The notes beneath the pieces were generated by a model that saw only the letters and a list, made by a program, of their open reading frames with translations, made no database searches and was not told the DNA's origin. Positions 39,535 through 52,499 of a stretch of 64,000 nucleotides of DNA are shown in pieces; the first letter of the stretch is position 1; each line of letters starts with the position of its first letter. The position numbers and the translations under genes are program-made. The DNA lies in NCBI GenBank assembly GCA_951406725.2, contig OX597838.1:39246001-39310000 (forward strand). The letters run 5' to 3'. This stretch comes from Octopus vulgaris. Its lineage: Eukaryota.

Positions 39535-42500
39535 TTATGTGGTGTCATCCATTCGCAACTTTCGTGCTACATCCTTCCATCGTTCTTCATACACTCTCTT
39601 AGTCAGGCATTTTCTCTCCAGCGCTATCTTCCTTTTCAGGTGAAAGATGAAGTAATTCATCAAACCAGGGCCGGTTATGAACTTGCCTGACCGTAAACCT
39701 TTCATTCTCGTCTTCCATATCACCTCTTTCGCAATTGCTACCACAACGAGAAAACAATTCTTACCTTCTTTCGCGAGGAAATCTGGTGGGTCAATTTTTG
39801 TAATAGACTCAGTCGACAGCTGTACTCTTCGTGTGCTTGACAACAGCTGTTCGGCATAAACCCACACCTCAGACACGACCGAACAATGAACAATAGCGTG
39901 CGGGACGGTTTCCCTATCCCGCCCGCATCTTGGACATATCGGACTGTCTTGGCCACCGTGCCTTGCGAGTTTATCCCGAACAGGTAGAGCTCCTCTGTAG
40001 CATTGCCATGCCAGAGACTTCTGGAAGTTGTCCAGTGTCTTCGGCTCGAACGTACGTCGGAACAGACTGGCCAGCTGATTATCGTCGAGACCCAGGGTTT
40101 CCCTCAAGGTATCTTCACATTCCGCCTCTACCAACCCTCTATAGAAGAATGTGGTGGAACCCCCACCGCAGGCATTGCCCGAGCGACGGAATAGCAGGAG
40201 AGCCTTGCGACACTCCGTGTACCATGTGCCTAGTTTCAATCTACGATTCAGCCAGGTTTCCCATCCACCGAAACTAGTGAACTTGGGAAACATCAGTTTT
40301 GCTAGCGGAGACCACACCCGTTCACCATCCAGGTAGAGCCACAGATGTCTTAACCTCAGCGCATGTCTGCGCATCATCAGCCAAGGCATCCCTAGCCCAC
40401 CCTTTAAAGGTTGTTGACAGCAAGTAGAGCGTTTCACAAGTGGTTTCCCGCCCTTCCACAAGAAGTAGAAGAGCTGTCTTTCCAACTTGATCAACCACGA
40501 ATCAGGGCAAGGAACGACGGAAAGGCGGTAGGTGATAACCGATGCGATAAACACATTGGCTACCTCCGCCTTCCCTTTCAGGGATAGCCACCGCCAAGAC
40601 CAGGTCTTGGTTACTGCAGCCACCCTGCTCGATACCTCGCCCCAATTCTTCTCTATTTGGAGGTCTGGACCGAACCAAACCCCTAGCAACTTAATCGGAC
40701 CCTCCGCCCAACGTCCCACGACGCTGTCAGGAGGCATCGACTTGCCTCTCCAGGTGCCGAGTTGCAAGCCGACTGACTTTTCGCGATTAACTTTTGCTCC
40801 TGTCACCGTCTCGTAAACCTCTATGGCCTTGCCTACTTTACGTAGGTGATCCATTTCGGTTACGATGATGGTGATGTCATCCGCGTACGCTGACACCGAT
40901 TTTCCACTACCTGGCTGTCTCGGGATGCCGCTCAGTTTTCGCAGTAATGGCTCAAGAGCCATCACGTACAAAAGCGGGGAGAGCGAACACCCTTGACGAA
41001 CCGAGCGCTTGATGTTGAACGGCTTCGACAAGAAGCCGTTCACCCGAACTACCGAGTCGATGTTGTCGTAAATTTGGATAATCCACCTGAGGAAGCCAAG
41101 GCCCAGCCCGAACTGTGCCAGGGCAGATACCAGGTAGCGATGGTCGACCCTATCGAACGCTTTAGATTGGTCTAAATGGACCAGTGCCCCACCCTTGCCA
41201 GAATCACTATTAAACCCCTCTATAGTGTACCGCATAAGATGGAAATTATCCTGAATGGTTCTGCTGGGAACGGCACATGTCTGTGCCTCCCCGATCAGAC
41301 CATCCGCGACACGCGCCAATCTTTTCGATAACACTTTGGCCAAAATCTTCAACTCTGTGTTTAGCAGAATGATGGGCCTAAAATTATCAATGCACTCTCC
41401 CTTGCTCGGGTCCTTTCTGACGAGTGTCACTACTCCCCGGCGCACAGATCTGGGTATGAACCCGTTCTGCTGCCAGTTCGCATAGACCTCCACCAGTAGG
41501 TGCCCGAACAAGTCTGGCATACTCTTATATAACTCGTAGGGTAGACCATCTAAACCCGGCGCTTTGCCCGCGCCGCAGTCCGCCATCGCCTCAACCACCT
41601 CCCCAGGCGTGATTGGCCCTTCACAGCCCTCCGCATCTCGCCCCGATAAGCGCGGAAGACCGTCGAGGAGGTCCGTAAAGGTCCTCCTCCTGTCCAGTCC
41701 GCCGCATTCACCGAAAAGCTGAGCGAAGTGCTCCTGAAAGGCCTCACACATCTCCTCGGGCTCGTTTATCAACTCACCTTGTTGGTTCGTCATAGATCGA
41801 ATCGTGGCGTCGTTACCACGCTGAACTTCCACCACTCGGGCCCATCTCACGGCGTTGATTCCTTCACAACCCATTGCGCGGATCCTAGCCCTGACTATGC
41901 AGCCTATGTGTTTGGCCTCGAGGTGCTGGTTTAACGCCAGTCTCTTGGCCGCCACCTGAACCGCAGAGCCAGTTTTCAAGGCTTCCTCTAATTCCTTAAC
42001 TAGAGTAGATTCCCTCCTAGCCTCTCTAGCCACTAATCCTATGCTATATCTAATTGACTCGAATTTGATGGCTCGCTTGAGGGCATACCACCATTTGTTA
42101 TTAATGATGGCACCAGACAGCGCCCTCTGAATTATAGTCCTAATCCGGTCTCTGTACTCCTTAATCGCCAAAAGGGACGTATTAAGTTTCCAGTAACCGG
42201 AGCCTCTATTTTTAACCTTATCTATGTCAAGCTTACAGATGACCATTTTATGATCACTGTAGCTGACCATGTAAAACTGTGGACACTTAGCTATTTTTCT
42301 GTCTACTTTTCTAATTAGTATCCTATCTATGTATGACCTGGAAGATCCGTCGCTGTTTGACCATGTCCACAATGGAGCGTTCGGAAATTCCAACCTATAA
42401 GGATCTGCTAGCTCAAAGCGGCTTAGCAGATCCATGAAGCCACTGTTACCTTTTCTATCTGAACGCGAGCCAACACAATCTACATCCGCTTTGCAAATTG

Positions 42501-42930
42501 TGTTAAAGTCTCCTAACACAACTAATGAATGTGAAGTACCAAGAAAGTTTTCTAGTTCACGAAAATAATCACTTTGCCCTGTATGGTTGGGTGCGTAAAT
42601 TGCAACCAGTCTGATAACTTTACCGTTACTGAACGTCAAATCCATGACGACCATCCTACCTTCTGGGTCTGAAAAAATTAACTTTTTCTCAAAAACCCAC
42701 TTTCTTTTTAATAGGACCAACACCCCACCCCCGCCTGTAGGACTGGCCGGAGAGAAAAAACTCTCGTAGCCGTCAAACAGCGGGAGTAGACCACTTGGCC
42801 CCTTTAACCGGGTTTCTGTAGCAACAATAACATCCAAATTATGCGACCTGATATCATTAAGGAAGCGACCTTGCTTCCCGCTTGATCCCAGGCCGCGTAC
42901 ATTTAAACAACTAACATAAATGCAATCCAT
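39535..42930 (-). CDS. Tx1 ORF2 polyprotein (APE, RT, Zn finger), intact, 1131 aa
   Basis: LNVRG, ETR, IYAP, GDFN, IDR and SDH; DQSKAFDRVDH, QGCSLSP and YADD; CPRC..ETVPHAIVHC. Confidence 0.93.
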   Translation of the reverse strand: MDCIYVSCLNVRGLGSSGKQGRFLNDIRSHNLDVIVATETRLKGPSGLLPLFDGYESFFSPASPTGGGGVLVLLKRKWVFEKKLIFSDPEGRMVVMDLTFSNGKVIRLVAIYAPNHTGQSDYFRELENFLGTSHSLVVLGDFNTICKADVDCVGSRSDRKGNSGFMDLLSRFELADPYRLEFPNAPLWTWSNSDGSSRSYIDRILIRKVDRKIAKCPQFYMVSYSDHKMVICKLDIDKVKNRGSGYWKLNTSLLAIKEYRDRIRTIIQRALSGAIINNKWWYALKRAIKFESIRYSIGLVAREARRESTLVKELEEALKTGSAVQVAAKRLALNQHLEAKHIGCIVRARIRAMGCEGINAVRWARVVEVQRGNDATIRSMTNQQGELINEPEEMCEAFQEHFAQLFGECGGLDRRRTFTDLLDGLPRLSGRDAEGCEGPITPGEVVEAMADCGAGKAPGLDGLPYELYKSMPDLFGHLLVEVYANWQQNGFIPRSVRRGVVTLVRKDPSKGECIDNFRPIILLNTELKILAKVLSKRLARVADGLIGEAQTCAVPSRTIQDNFHLMRYTIEGFNSDSGKGGALVHLDQSKAFDRVDHRYLVSALAQFGLGLGFLRWIIQIYDNIDSVVRVNGFLSKPFNIKRSVRQGCSLSPLLYVMALEPLLRKLSGIPRQPGSGKSVSAYADDITIIVTEMDHLRKVGKAIEVYETVTGAKVNREKSVGLQLGTWRGKSMPPDSVVGRWAEGPIKLLGVWFGPDLQIEKNWGEVSSRVAAVTKTWSWRWLSLKGKAEVANVFIASVITYRLSVVPCPDSWLIKLERQLFYFLWKGGKPLVKRSTCCQQPLKGGLGMPWLMMRRHALRLRHLWLYLDGERVWSPLAKLMFPKFTSFGGWETWLNRRLKLGTWYTECRKALLLFRRSGNACGGGSTTFFYRGLVEAECEDTLRETLGLDDNQLASLFRRTFEPKTLDNFQKSLAWQCYRGALPVRDKLARHGGQDSPICPRCGRDRETVPHAIVHCSVVSEVWVYAEQLLSSTRRVQLSTESITKIDPPDFLAKEGKNCFLVVVAIAKEVIWKTRMKGLRSGKFITGPGLMNYFIFHLKRKIALERKCLTKRVYEERWKDVARKLRMDDTT

Positions 42931-42938
42931 AGCTTACC

Positions 42939-44275
42939 TTATATCAGTGGTTCGACTTGTTCGACTTGTTTTTCGTCGTCTTCTTCGCTTTTATTTTTTT
43001 CCTTGGCTCGTGGGGGAGTCCGACGCAGACCCTCGTATAAATATGGAGATATGTCCAATCTCAGAGGGCCCACGTCGTGAAAGAATTCGGATTTTATCCG
43101 TCCGTAATCCTTCCGGCCTATCTTATAAACAATACAGTCTTTTGTTTTTTTCATTTTTTCCACTTTGGCCATGGCTGCCAAAACATTAACTAGCCTGTTG
43201 TTGGTAGCCTTAATGGCCATAAATGTATTAGTCGCTTCTTTCCTCTTTTTTTGGTTCTCCTTCTGAGGGGTGGTTTCTGTTTTCCGTTTTTTTTTGGTAA
43301 TTTTTGACCACCCCTCCTCTTTTTCCTTTTCTTCGCCACTTGTTGCTTCTGCTGCCTCTTTGGTTTCTGTAGTTTCTGGTGTTTTCTCTTCTGTTTTCTC
43401 TTCTGTTTTTTCTTTTTCCGGCGGTGCTGCTTCCTGCGGTTTAGGTTGGCACTCCGCTCTTACGTGCCCCTTTTTACCGCAGCCGAAGCACCTCGGCTTT
43501 CTGCCCTCCATAAACACTAGCACCCTCTCCTCCTCGCTGAGCCTCAATATCTCCGTTATTTCTTCTAATGTTTGGACCTCCGCCTGAATCGCCATTGTGA
43601 TACATTGGCCTTGCCAAAACCCCTCCTCCTCTACTGTAGCCTGGAGGATAGTGATCTTGTCCTCTAGGCCCAACATCACTGCCGCCACCGGCACGTGGCG
43701 TCCGCCTCTGGCGGAATATTTTTCATTAATATTTTTGAGGTCCTTCTGCCTCTGTACAGGGGAAGAAGGACTATATTCTCCGCTTTTTGAGGTTCGGTCG
43801 ATAGCTTCTTGGCTATCTCCTCAGTCCTAAACCTCACGTCAACTGTTCCAAACTTTCTGCCACGGTTTATATACGTAATGTCTTTCCTTATTGTCTTCAG
43901 ACAATCCTCTATTTTTTTTTTCCTCCACTCTTTGAATGCTTTTCATCGTTGTATTGTATGTCTTGTAGATAATCCTTTTTTTTCTACTTCTTCTTTCTTT
44001 CTGACGTCTGATTCCACTGCTATTTCATTTCCTTCCTTTTTCAAAAGTGCTTCATACTTTTCTAAGTTGCTCTTATCTGTGTTGATTTTCTTTTGTTTTT
44101 TTCCTGCAACTTCTGCGAACTTCTTCGCTGGGGCCTCTTCTTTTTCTGGCGTCACCGCCGGTGAACTTTCTTCACCTGATACAGGTGAGTATGAGATAGG
44201 AGTCTCCATCTCTAGATGTGGCTTTACAAGCCTTTTCAATTGGCTTTGACAAGCCTTCAAAAATTTTGGCTTCAC
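42939..44275 (-). pseudogene. Tx1 copy D ORF1 (CCHC knuckle), frameshifted
   Basis: ORFs 43943..44275 and 42939..43694; CFGCGKKGHVRAEC. Confidence 0.8.
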
Positions 44276-46742
44276 AGGCCTTTTGTGTATGTTTTAAACT
44301 GTTTCACAACAATTGTTTCAAAACAATTCCCCCCGCAGCGGGGGAATTAAATACGTAGCCTTCGCGCGAAGGCTACTGACAGTTTTTACCCAAAATACAC
44401 AATATGTAAAACAAAGCAACAATAGTTAAATTCACAAACCGGTAATAAACAGCAAAATGACAAACACAGACTGGGTATTCATGCACGGACAGCCCAAAAG
44501 ACAAAGCAGTGAAGAATTTTTTTCTTTTAAAGCAGTAGAGGAAGCGGTAAAAAAAAAAATTTCAAATCAAATTAATTCCAATTAATTAAAATTGAACTAA
44601 ATTGACTTAAAAAGAGCCTCCGTGGTTTCAAATCCTGCAAAACTTAAATACTTTTATTTTTCAATTTATTTACTTTCTATATACTCAAAAAGAATGGGTT
44701 TACTTAACTAAATTAAACTGAATTAATTGGGTTAAAATTAAATTAAATTAAATTGAGCCATCGAGGTTTCAAATCCTGCAATATCTAAACCAGTTATTTT
44801 TATTTTTTTACAACTTATCTTTTCGTAAATCCATTACTTACTACAATTTATTTTATTCCTGTAGATTTTCAGGAATGTAGAAGAAAATTTATGTACGCAA
44901 AAGGGGATCGCGTCCGTAAATTTATTCAGAATGTGCGGTCCATAACACCTAAGGATGGTAAGTGATTCCCTTATGCAAAGCCTACACTTGCTGATATTTC
45001 TCTTGAAGTTTGGGATTTTAGAAATGATGGACCATTCTAGGAAATAATTCTTATTGTTCTTTCTCATGTTGTGTATATGCGATGCAAGTGTAGTTGAGTT
45101 AAAGTATTTTTCGTTAGTAAAAGATCTCATGTGTGACCTATATCGCGCCTTAAAATCCATCGTATTACCTATATAAAATTTGTTTAGATTATCTACATCC
45201 TTAACTACACATTTATATATTACGTTGGTAACCAGACATGAACCACCCAAAGGACATAATTTGGGTTTCCTACAGTTACATGTCTTTTCGGGGCCTTTCC
45301 TAATTTTTTTCCTATTATTATCTTTACTTATTTTATCTCCTGTTCCAGACGGGTTTCGCTCATTCCTTCCCTCTAAACTACCCTTATTACATGGGTTCGA
45401 TGAGTCCGGTAAAGGTAGACCATTTATAGCTTTGGTACTCAGCTTTACAGGATTATCAACCACATTTCCTTGGTCATCCTCAAAGGTACTTTTTCTGTCG
45501 TTCCACCTAGTAAGCTTGCTTCTATTGATTGAAGCAATGATGGAAGCAAAGTTAGGCATTACAGAATAGGAGAATTTTATTGTCGACTTATTGCAGATGC
45601 TATAATATTTGTGGTCCTTTGGGAAGTTCTCCTTCAGAATCTTAAAAAATAGTTTTGGTAAATTCCTTACTCTAAGGGAGAAAGGGGGAGCGAACCAAAT
45701 AACTTCCCTTATTCTAGGCCGTGAGCTTCCTGTTTTGTTTAACTTCTTATCAAGATTTTTAATTTCCTTATACCTACCCTTACTGCTGTTATCCCTAAAC
45801 ATATTATTATTCCTAAACATATTATTATTATTATTTAAAGGCCTCTTATTATTCCTAGACGTATTATTATTATTATAATAATTATTATTCAAAAACCTAT
45901 TATTATTACAGTATTTATTATTGTATTTATCTGTAGTAATTGCAACTTGCTCAATTGGCAAACCAGCCATCCTGTTTTTTAGTCTAGTATTAAGGATATA
46001 GAATATTTTAGACTTGAAACCACTTAAACTTAGGGCATTATTATACACTGGTGCATGTTGCTCAAAAATCTCTTCGTTCGCAGATAAATTGGATATTCTA
46101 GTTGAAATCGCAGTTATGATACTATCTATTGTGGATTTCGGATGATTGGATGACACATTGATATATACTATCGATTTATTAGCCTTACGAAAGGGATAGT
46201 ATAGACCGGTATTAAGACACAAGGTAACGTCCAAGAAGTTTACTACCCTAGAGTTACTGTCGTAGATGATATCAAGATTTAAAAAATCTTTCGAGAAGCT
46301 TCTCAACGACTTCTTTAATCTGTTTAATTCGGTCTTAGAGAGGCCCCGCACGGCAAAGAGGGCATCATCCCTATATAATCCACCAGTAAGGTTAGGGAAG
46401 CTTTTCCAAACTTCCGAGAGTAGATACAGGCCAACCAAGTCAGTCACCTGCGCAGAATCTGATGACCCCATGGTAATATCAAAGACATTTTCTGAGTCGG
46501 CTCTTTGCCATTCATTCTCATTATAGGAGACAAGTGTTTTCCATCTGAATCGCTAGAATATTAATTCTAAGTTTTAATGATAAGAATTTTTCTCGCACCA
46601 TACCATATTATTATTATTACGTGCTGTACATATGAATTTTGTTCCATCTTGCGGGTTATATGTTTATTCTATAATTAAATGTTCGAATTATGAAATGACA
46701 TGCGGTTGACTTTGTATTTGCTTGTTCAATGATTTTTGTATG

Positions 46743-46794
<52 letters not shown>

Positions 46795-46799
46795 CATGG

Positions 46800-46840
<41 letters not shown>

Positions 46841-46845
46841 TACAC

Positions 46846-46896
<51 letters not shown>

Positions 46897-47329
46897 AAGG
46901 AGGAGATCAAGGACGACTGGGGTCGCTGACAATCAGCAGCGAACTGCCACATCGATGGTAGGGGTGTACTTTTGAAGTCCACACACTTGATTTTGTTCTG
47001 TTACAGCTAATAGCATCACAAAACACCTAATTTGCTGTCTAATATTGAAACAGACGCTGTTCTGGATTTGGTGATAAGGTGATTTGGTGATAAGGTGATT
47101 TGGTGATTAGTTATACTTGTCCATGTTCTAATGAAAGGTTTCTTCATTAAAGAAGACACAGTTTATAAGTTTAATGATCGCTATAGTTATACTTTTATAT
47201 ATGTTTTATATATTACAGCATCGCGGTATCGACCAGATTATCAGATGTTATTGTACACCGCTGGTCACTATGCGCATCGCATGGCTCTAGCTTCTGAAAT
47301 ATACTGTCTCACTGGTTTGAGAGGCAGGC

Positions 47330-48345
47330 CAACATTCCCCTCGAACGGAACGCCTGTCCATCGCAGGATTATTCATTTAGAGTTCAGTGGAACAACGTGA
47401 AACGGAGTGTTTTACTTAAGAACACAACGTACGCTGGGAATCGAAACCACAATCTCGCAATTGTGAGTGCAATACTCTCACTACTAGAGCACAAACCTTC
47501 ACACTATTTAGCTGCGTGGTAAGAAGTCTCTTTCCCAACCACATGGTTGTGCGTTCATTCCCAGGGCGTGGTACTTTGGGCAAATGTCTTCTTCTATAGT
47601 CTCGAATCCATCAAAGAAAGATGGAAAAGGCAGTGCTAAGAGTGATGAATTAGAGGTAGCAGAGAAAGGGTATTATGTGAGAGACAGTGACGGGACAGTG
47701 AATGAATGATGGAGGTAACCCGATATTTCGTTGCTATTTTTGATAGGGTCTCTGCTTTGAGATGCAGCATTCCAAAAAACAAAAAAATTATGATTTTCTA
47801 TAAACATACACAGTACTTAAATATATGCTATTATTAGTTTTATGCTTTGAAAATCCAATAAGGCAAAATCTTGTGAGGGGATTTAGTAGATGAAAACTGA
47901 AGGAATTTCGATGTGTGGGTTTGTGGGTGTGTGATGTACCTGTTTGCCTCCCACTACCACTTGAAATCCGATGTAGTTGTGACTAAGCGCCCGTAACTTA
48001 GCGGTTTGGCGAAACTTAGTGGTTCGGCAAAATGGACCGTTGGAAGAAATACGAAGCTTTAAAAATAAGTACTGGAATCGATTCGTTCGACAAAAATTTC
48101 TTCAGTTTTCGGGGTCGATAAATTAAGTACCAGTTACGCACCTACAGTCGATGTGATCGACTTAATCCGTTTGTCTGTCCTTGTTTGTCCCTTCTGTGTT
48201 TAGCCCCATGTGGGTTGTAAACAAAGAGGTATTTCGTCTGTCACTACGTTCTGAGTTCAAATCATGCCGAGGTCGACTTTGCCTTTCATCTATCCCGTGT
48301 CGATAAATTAAGTACCAGTTGTGTATTGTGGTCGATGTGATCGCC
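47330..48345 (+). mobile_element. Cluster of SINE fragments
   Basis: Recurring octopus-type SINE segments (ccaaccacatggtt, gtcgataaattaagtaccag, tttagccccatgtggg). Confidence 0.6.
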
Positions 48346-50085
48346 TGTGACCCTCCCCACAAGATCCAGACCTTGTGCCTATGGTAGAAAGGAGTATTGC
48401 TGTTGTCGTTTTCATACTTGTAGTACTCTTTTACTCTTTTTACTCATTTACTTGTTTCAGTCATTTGACTGCGGCCATGCTGGAGCACCACCTTTAGTCG
48501 AGCAAATCCACCCCAGGACTTATTCTTTGTAAGCCTAGTACTTATTCTATAGGTCTCTTTTACAGAACCGCGAAGTTATGGGGACGCAAACACACCACCA
48601 TCGGTTGTCAGGCGATGTTTGGGGGACAAACACAATACACATAAACACACACACATACATATACACATATATATACGGCTTCTTTCAGTTTCCGTCTACC
48701 AAATCCACTCACAAGGCTTTGGTCGGCCCGAGGCTATAGTAGAAGACACTTGCCCAAGGTGCCACGCAGTGGGATTGAACCCGGAACCATGTGGTTCGTA
48801 AGCAAGCTACATTATTTCATAAAAATTGTCATCATAGACAGTACAAAGATTGGGTAGCTTTGCGGGCTGGACAAACTCATTAAGGAATGAAAATGAAATA
48901 AAATGAATAAATGAGAGACGAGACCCAACTCCCACTGATTGGATTTTTCTCGGAAACATATTTTCTTTTTTTTAAAATCAATATGAGATTTCAAACCTCT
49001 TACAAGGAGGCACTAAAACCTCTTACTTAACCTGTTTTTTTATGAAAAACACACAATTGAAGTTATAAACCACTACAAATAATACAATAAAATGAGGTTT
49101 CAAACCCTCTCACGAGGCTTTTTCACCTCATACTCATCGATATATTCATCATCATCTTCAATGCCGCTTGAGTTCCTGTATCCCGCCATTTCATGAAGGA
49201 CATCTGGGTCGTGTAATGTCCAACCCACCATATACGAAACTCCTCCCAATATCCTTTAAGCCTTTCCCACAAGGGAAACCTTATGACCTCCACAGCTATC
49301 TGCGGAGGCCATTCGGAACCCTGTGTGAAGGGCATATCTACTGTCTCTTTATGTTCTTCGACTACTTTTTCCACCTCCCCGCCCTTGTAGAAAAAGATAA
49401 TTAATACATTATCTTTAAGGATGACGGTCGTTTCTTCCACTGTGGGTGGCAAAACTTCGGGACATGCAGACGGCACATCATCTCCCTCCTGCAATGACCC
49501 GTTCTTCTTTCTTTTTTTTTTCTTCCTGACGTCGGGAGAATGGAGCTCTTCCGCTTTGTCCAGAGTCTCTACCCAACCTCCAGAAGCCTTAGGGTCATTT
49601 GGCGGGCAACAATTGTTGCCCGCCTTTTTGCTTTTTAATCTTTTTTGGGTTGATGAGGCTGAAGCGAACAACTTTCGGTGGCAGGATAGTCACCAAACTA
49701 TAATTCTCACAATGAGAAAAATATTTTCACTTCATGTGAACTCTTGAAATACAGTTCTCCAATAATGGTAAATGTTGTTGTTGTAGAAACAAAGTATTTG
49801 AAGAATACGCCCACCAGAAAATGTCTATTTAAAGACAAAACATTTTATGATGGTTACGGTTGAAACGTCAGTTAACACTGTTTCGAGGCTGCCCTGGGGT
49901 TAAACAAGGAAACACAAACAATAATAACAGTAAAAATAGCAATGATCTAGCAGAAGTGGCATCAAACTTTATTTCTCATAATCATTAATTGGTTATTTTT
50001 AATTCTACAGATTATTAAAGTACTTTCCATATGTGCATGTTCCTCCTTGCTTGGATATACCAATATACATGCATGCATACATACA

Positions 50086-50463
<378 letters not shown>

Positions 50464-50607
50464 TATATATATACGAGAAAGAAGCAACAAGAATGGATTG
50501 GTTTTTAGTACAATTGTTTCATACAAAGACAGGCTTTATTACAAGTTGCAAAAATTGTTGCAGATAAATTCAAGTAAATTCATTGGAAGTTACTTGAATC
50601 TTAATTG

Positions 50608-50667
<60 letters not shown>

Positions 50668-50726
50668 AAGACATATACATATATATATATATACAAATAC
50701 ATACACATATATATATACACTCATAC

Positions 50727-50770
<44 letters not shown>

Positions 50771-50945
50771 GTATACATATATGTATGTATGTATGTATGT
50801 ATATTTGTACGTATGTATGTATGAATAATATAGGAGATATAACTATATGGAAGCTAGTATTGTTTGTGCATACATGTACACGATTACAAGTATATACTGC
50901 ACTAATGAAACAGTCCCCATTTATTACTATTATTATTATTATTAC

Positions 50946-51027
<82 letters not shown>

Positions 51028-51103
51028 GGTAGCTATACTAAGTAACCAAGTCCAAAGTCCGACTAGTCAGTAAATCTTGAATTCTTCCCAGTAACTAGGT
51101 ACG

Positions 51104-51233
51104 TTAATGTAATTTCTTCCACAGGGTTGCCAAATCATCGCCAGCGTCGAAGTGGACTTTGATCCATGGTATTAATTTCTGAGCAGATGGCGTACTGCAT
51201 TTTGACGATATCTTGGCAAAATTTTTCCACATT
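51104..51233 (-). CDS. Stanniocalcin-like gene R, terminal coding exon C
   Basis: ttttttatattgcAG acceptor; translates to (I)MWKNFAKISSKCSTPSAQKLIPWIKVHFDAGDDLATLWKKLH*. Confidence 0.8.
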
Positions 51234-51344
51234 CTGCAATATAAAAAATATATTGGTGTCTTAATCAAACACACTCAGTCAATAACACTCAGACAAACAC
51301 ACTCAAATAGGCAGACATCAGACAAACTGATAGATAGACAGACA

Positions 51345-51385
<41 letters not shown>

Positions 51386-51408
51386 ACACACACACACACA
51401 CACACACA

Positions 51409-51453
<45 letters not shown>

Positions 51454-51889
51454 AGAGTAACAGAGTTTTCTTTTATTGTCTAATGCTAACTCAGTTTGAA
51501 TCTGGAGGCAAATTCAACTCTGCAAAGAGGTGGGAAAATACCAATTTCAGAAGCAAGAAAAGGCGAAAGCGACTGTAGGGAACCTGCTTTCTATATTGCA
51601 ACAAATTTTACACTAAGAGAATCAAGTAGATTTGACTGATGGACTCGTTTTTTTATCAGAAGAAAGAAGCCACATTTCAGGACTGATTTGATGAGACACT
51701 TGTCAGGGGATTACACGTGGCCTCGTGCCCTTTTGTTGTTGCCCAACTCCGGCAGAGCGTACAGATTAAGAAGCGAGACACTTGCGACCCTCAGATACTC
51801 GCTGAATACGAAAGCGATTCCCTACATTGACATGGTTTTAGCCACCAACAGAAGAGCGAGCAATATCTCTAAGCAGCTCCTACAATTTC

Positions 51890-52270
51890 TGTGTGGAGCA
51901 CCTGAATAATAATCACACGGAATTTCTAACATACAATCAACACCGCACACTGTTTATTCATCACACCAGGAACACTCATTTTGTTTTATCAACCAATTTT
52001 TTAGGAGATTTTTATATTTATGACAGTTTGAATTTGCCAGTTTCGCAGGAACTAATGGCACAAAATCAACGTTGTATTCACCACAAACAAACATTACTCC
52101 TATAATTAATCCCCAAGTTGGCGCATATGATTGTGGCCCTTTTACCCTGGCGTATGCATTTGAACTGGTCATTGGAAACGCTCCAGGGAAGTTTCTATTT
52201 GATCAGTCAAAAATGCGAGCACATTTAAGATTTTGCCTTGAAAACAATAAATTTGTTCCTTTCCCGAAAG
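51890..52270 (+). pseudogene. Ulp1/SENP-like cysteine protease domain upstream of a PLE RT, frameshifted
   Basis: IHHTRNTHFVL..YIYDSL..PQVGAYDCGPFTLAYA..FDQSKMRAHL..C..FP gives His, Asp, Gln, Cys in clan CE order. Confidence 0.65.
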
Positions 52271-52499
52271 TAAAGGTTTTTCAAATGTCTACAAAATCCA
52301 CAGAAGACACTGTCTATCACCCACCCAGAAATGGGTTACCCCTAGAAAGGCGACTAAAAATTATAACTTCTCACGTGAACATTCACAACAAATTTTATCA
52401 CCCAATAGGTTCCGTGTTTTAAGTGAAGATTTCGAGCAAAGCCCAAAATGTAGTCAGGAATCTAATGAGAAAAAGACTCTGAAAACCACTTGCCCGAGA

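Larger units (their letters stand above)
39296..44473 (-). mobile_element. Full-length Tx1-like LINE, copy D, with a 16-bp target-site duplication
   Basis: TSD ggtattcatgcacgga at 39280-39295 and 44474-44489. Contains ORF1, ORF2, a 3' stem-loop and AATAAA. Confidence 0.93.
38676..46738 (-). mobile_element. 5'-truncated Penelope-like element bounded by inverted terminal segments, interrupted by Tx1 copy D
   Basis: ORF 44834..46471 has MGS..SAQVTDLVGL, YRDDAL, NFLDVTL, SNHP, CNCR..CPL..C and VIY..FYIG..FKARY (GIY-YIG). About 38676-38868 is an inverted match to 46550-46738. Hammerhead at 39125. Confidence 0.85.

Noticed and set aside
50500-50530. Minus-strand GAAA-caattg-TA half hammerhead
   Set aside because: No CUGANGA partner is visible; at best a truncated remnant.
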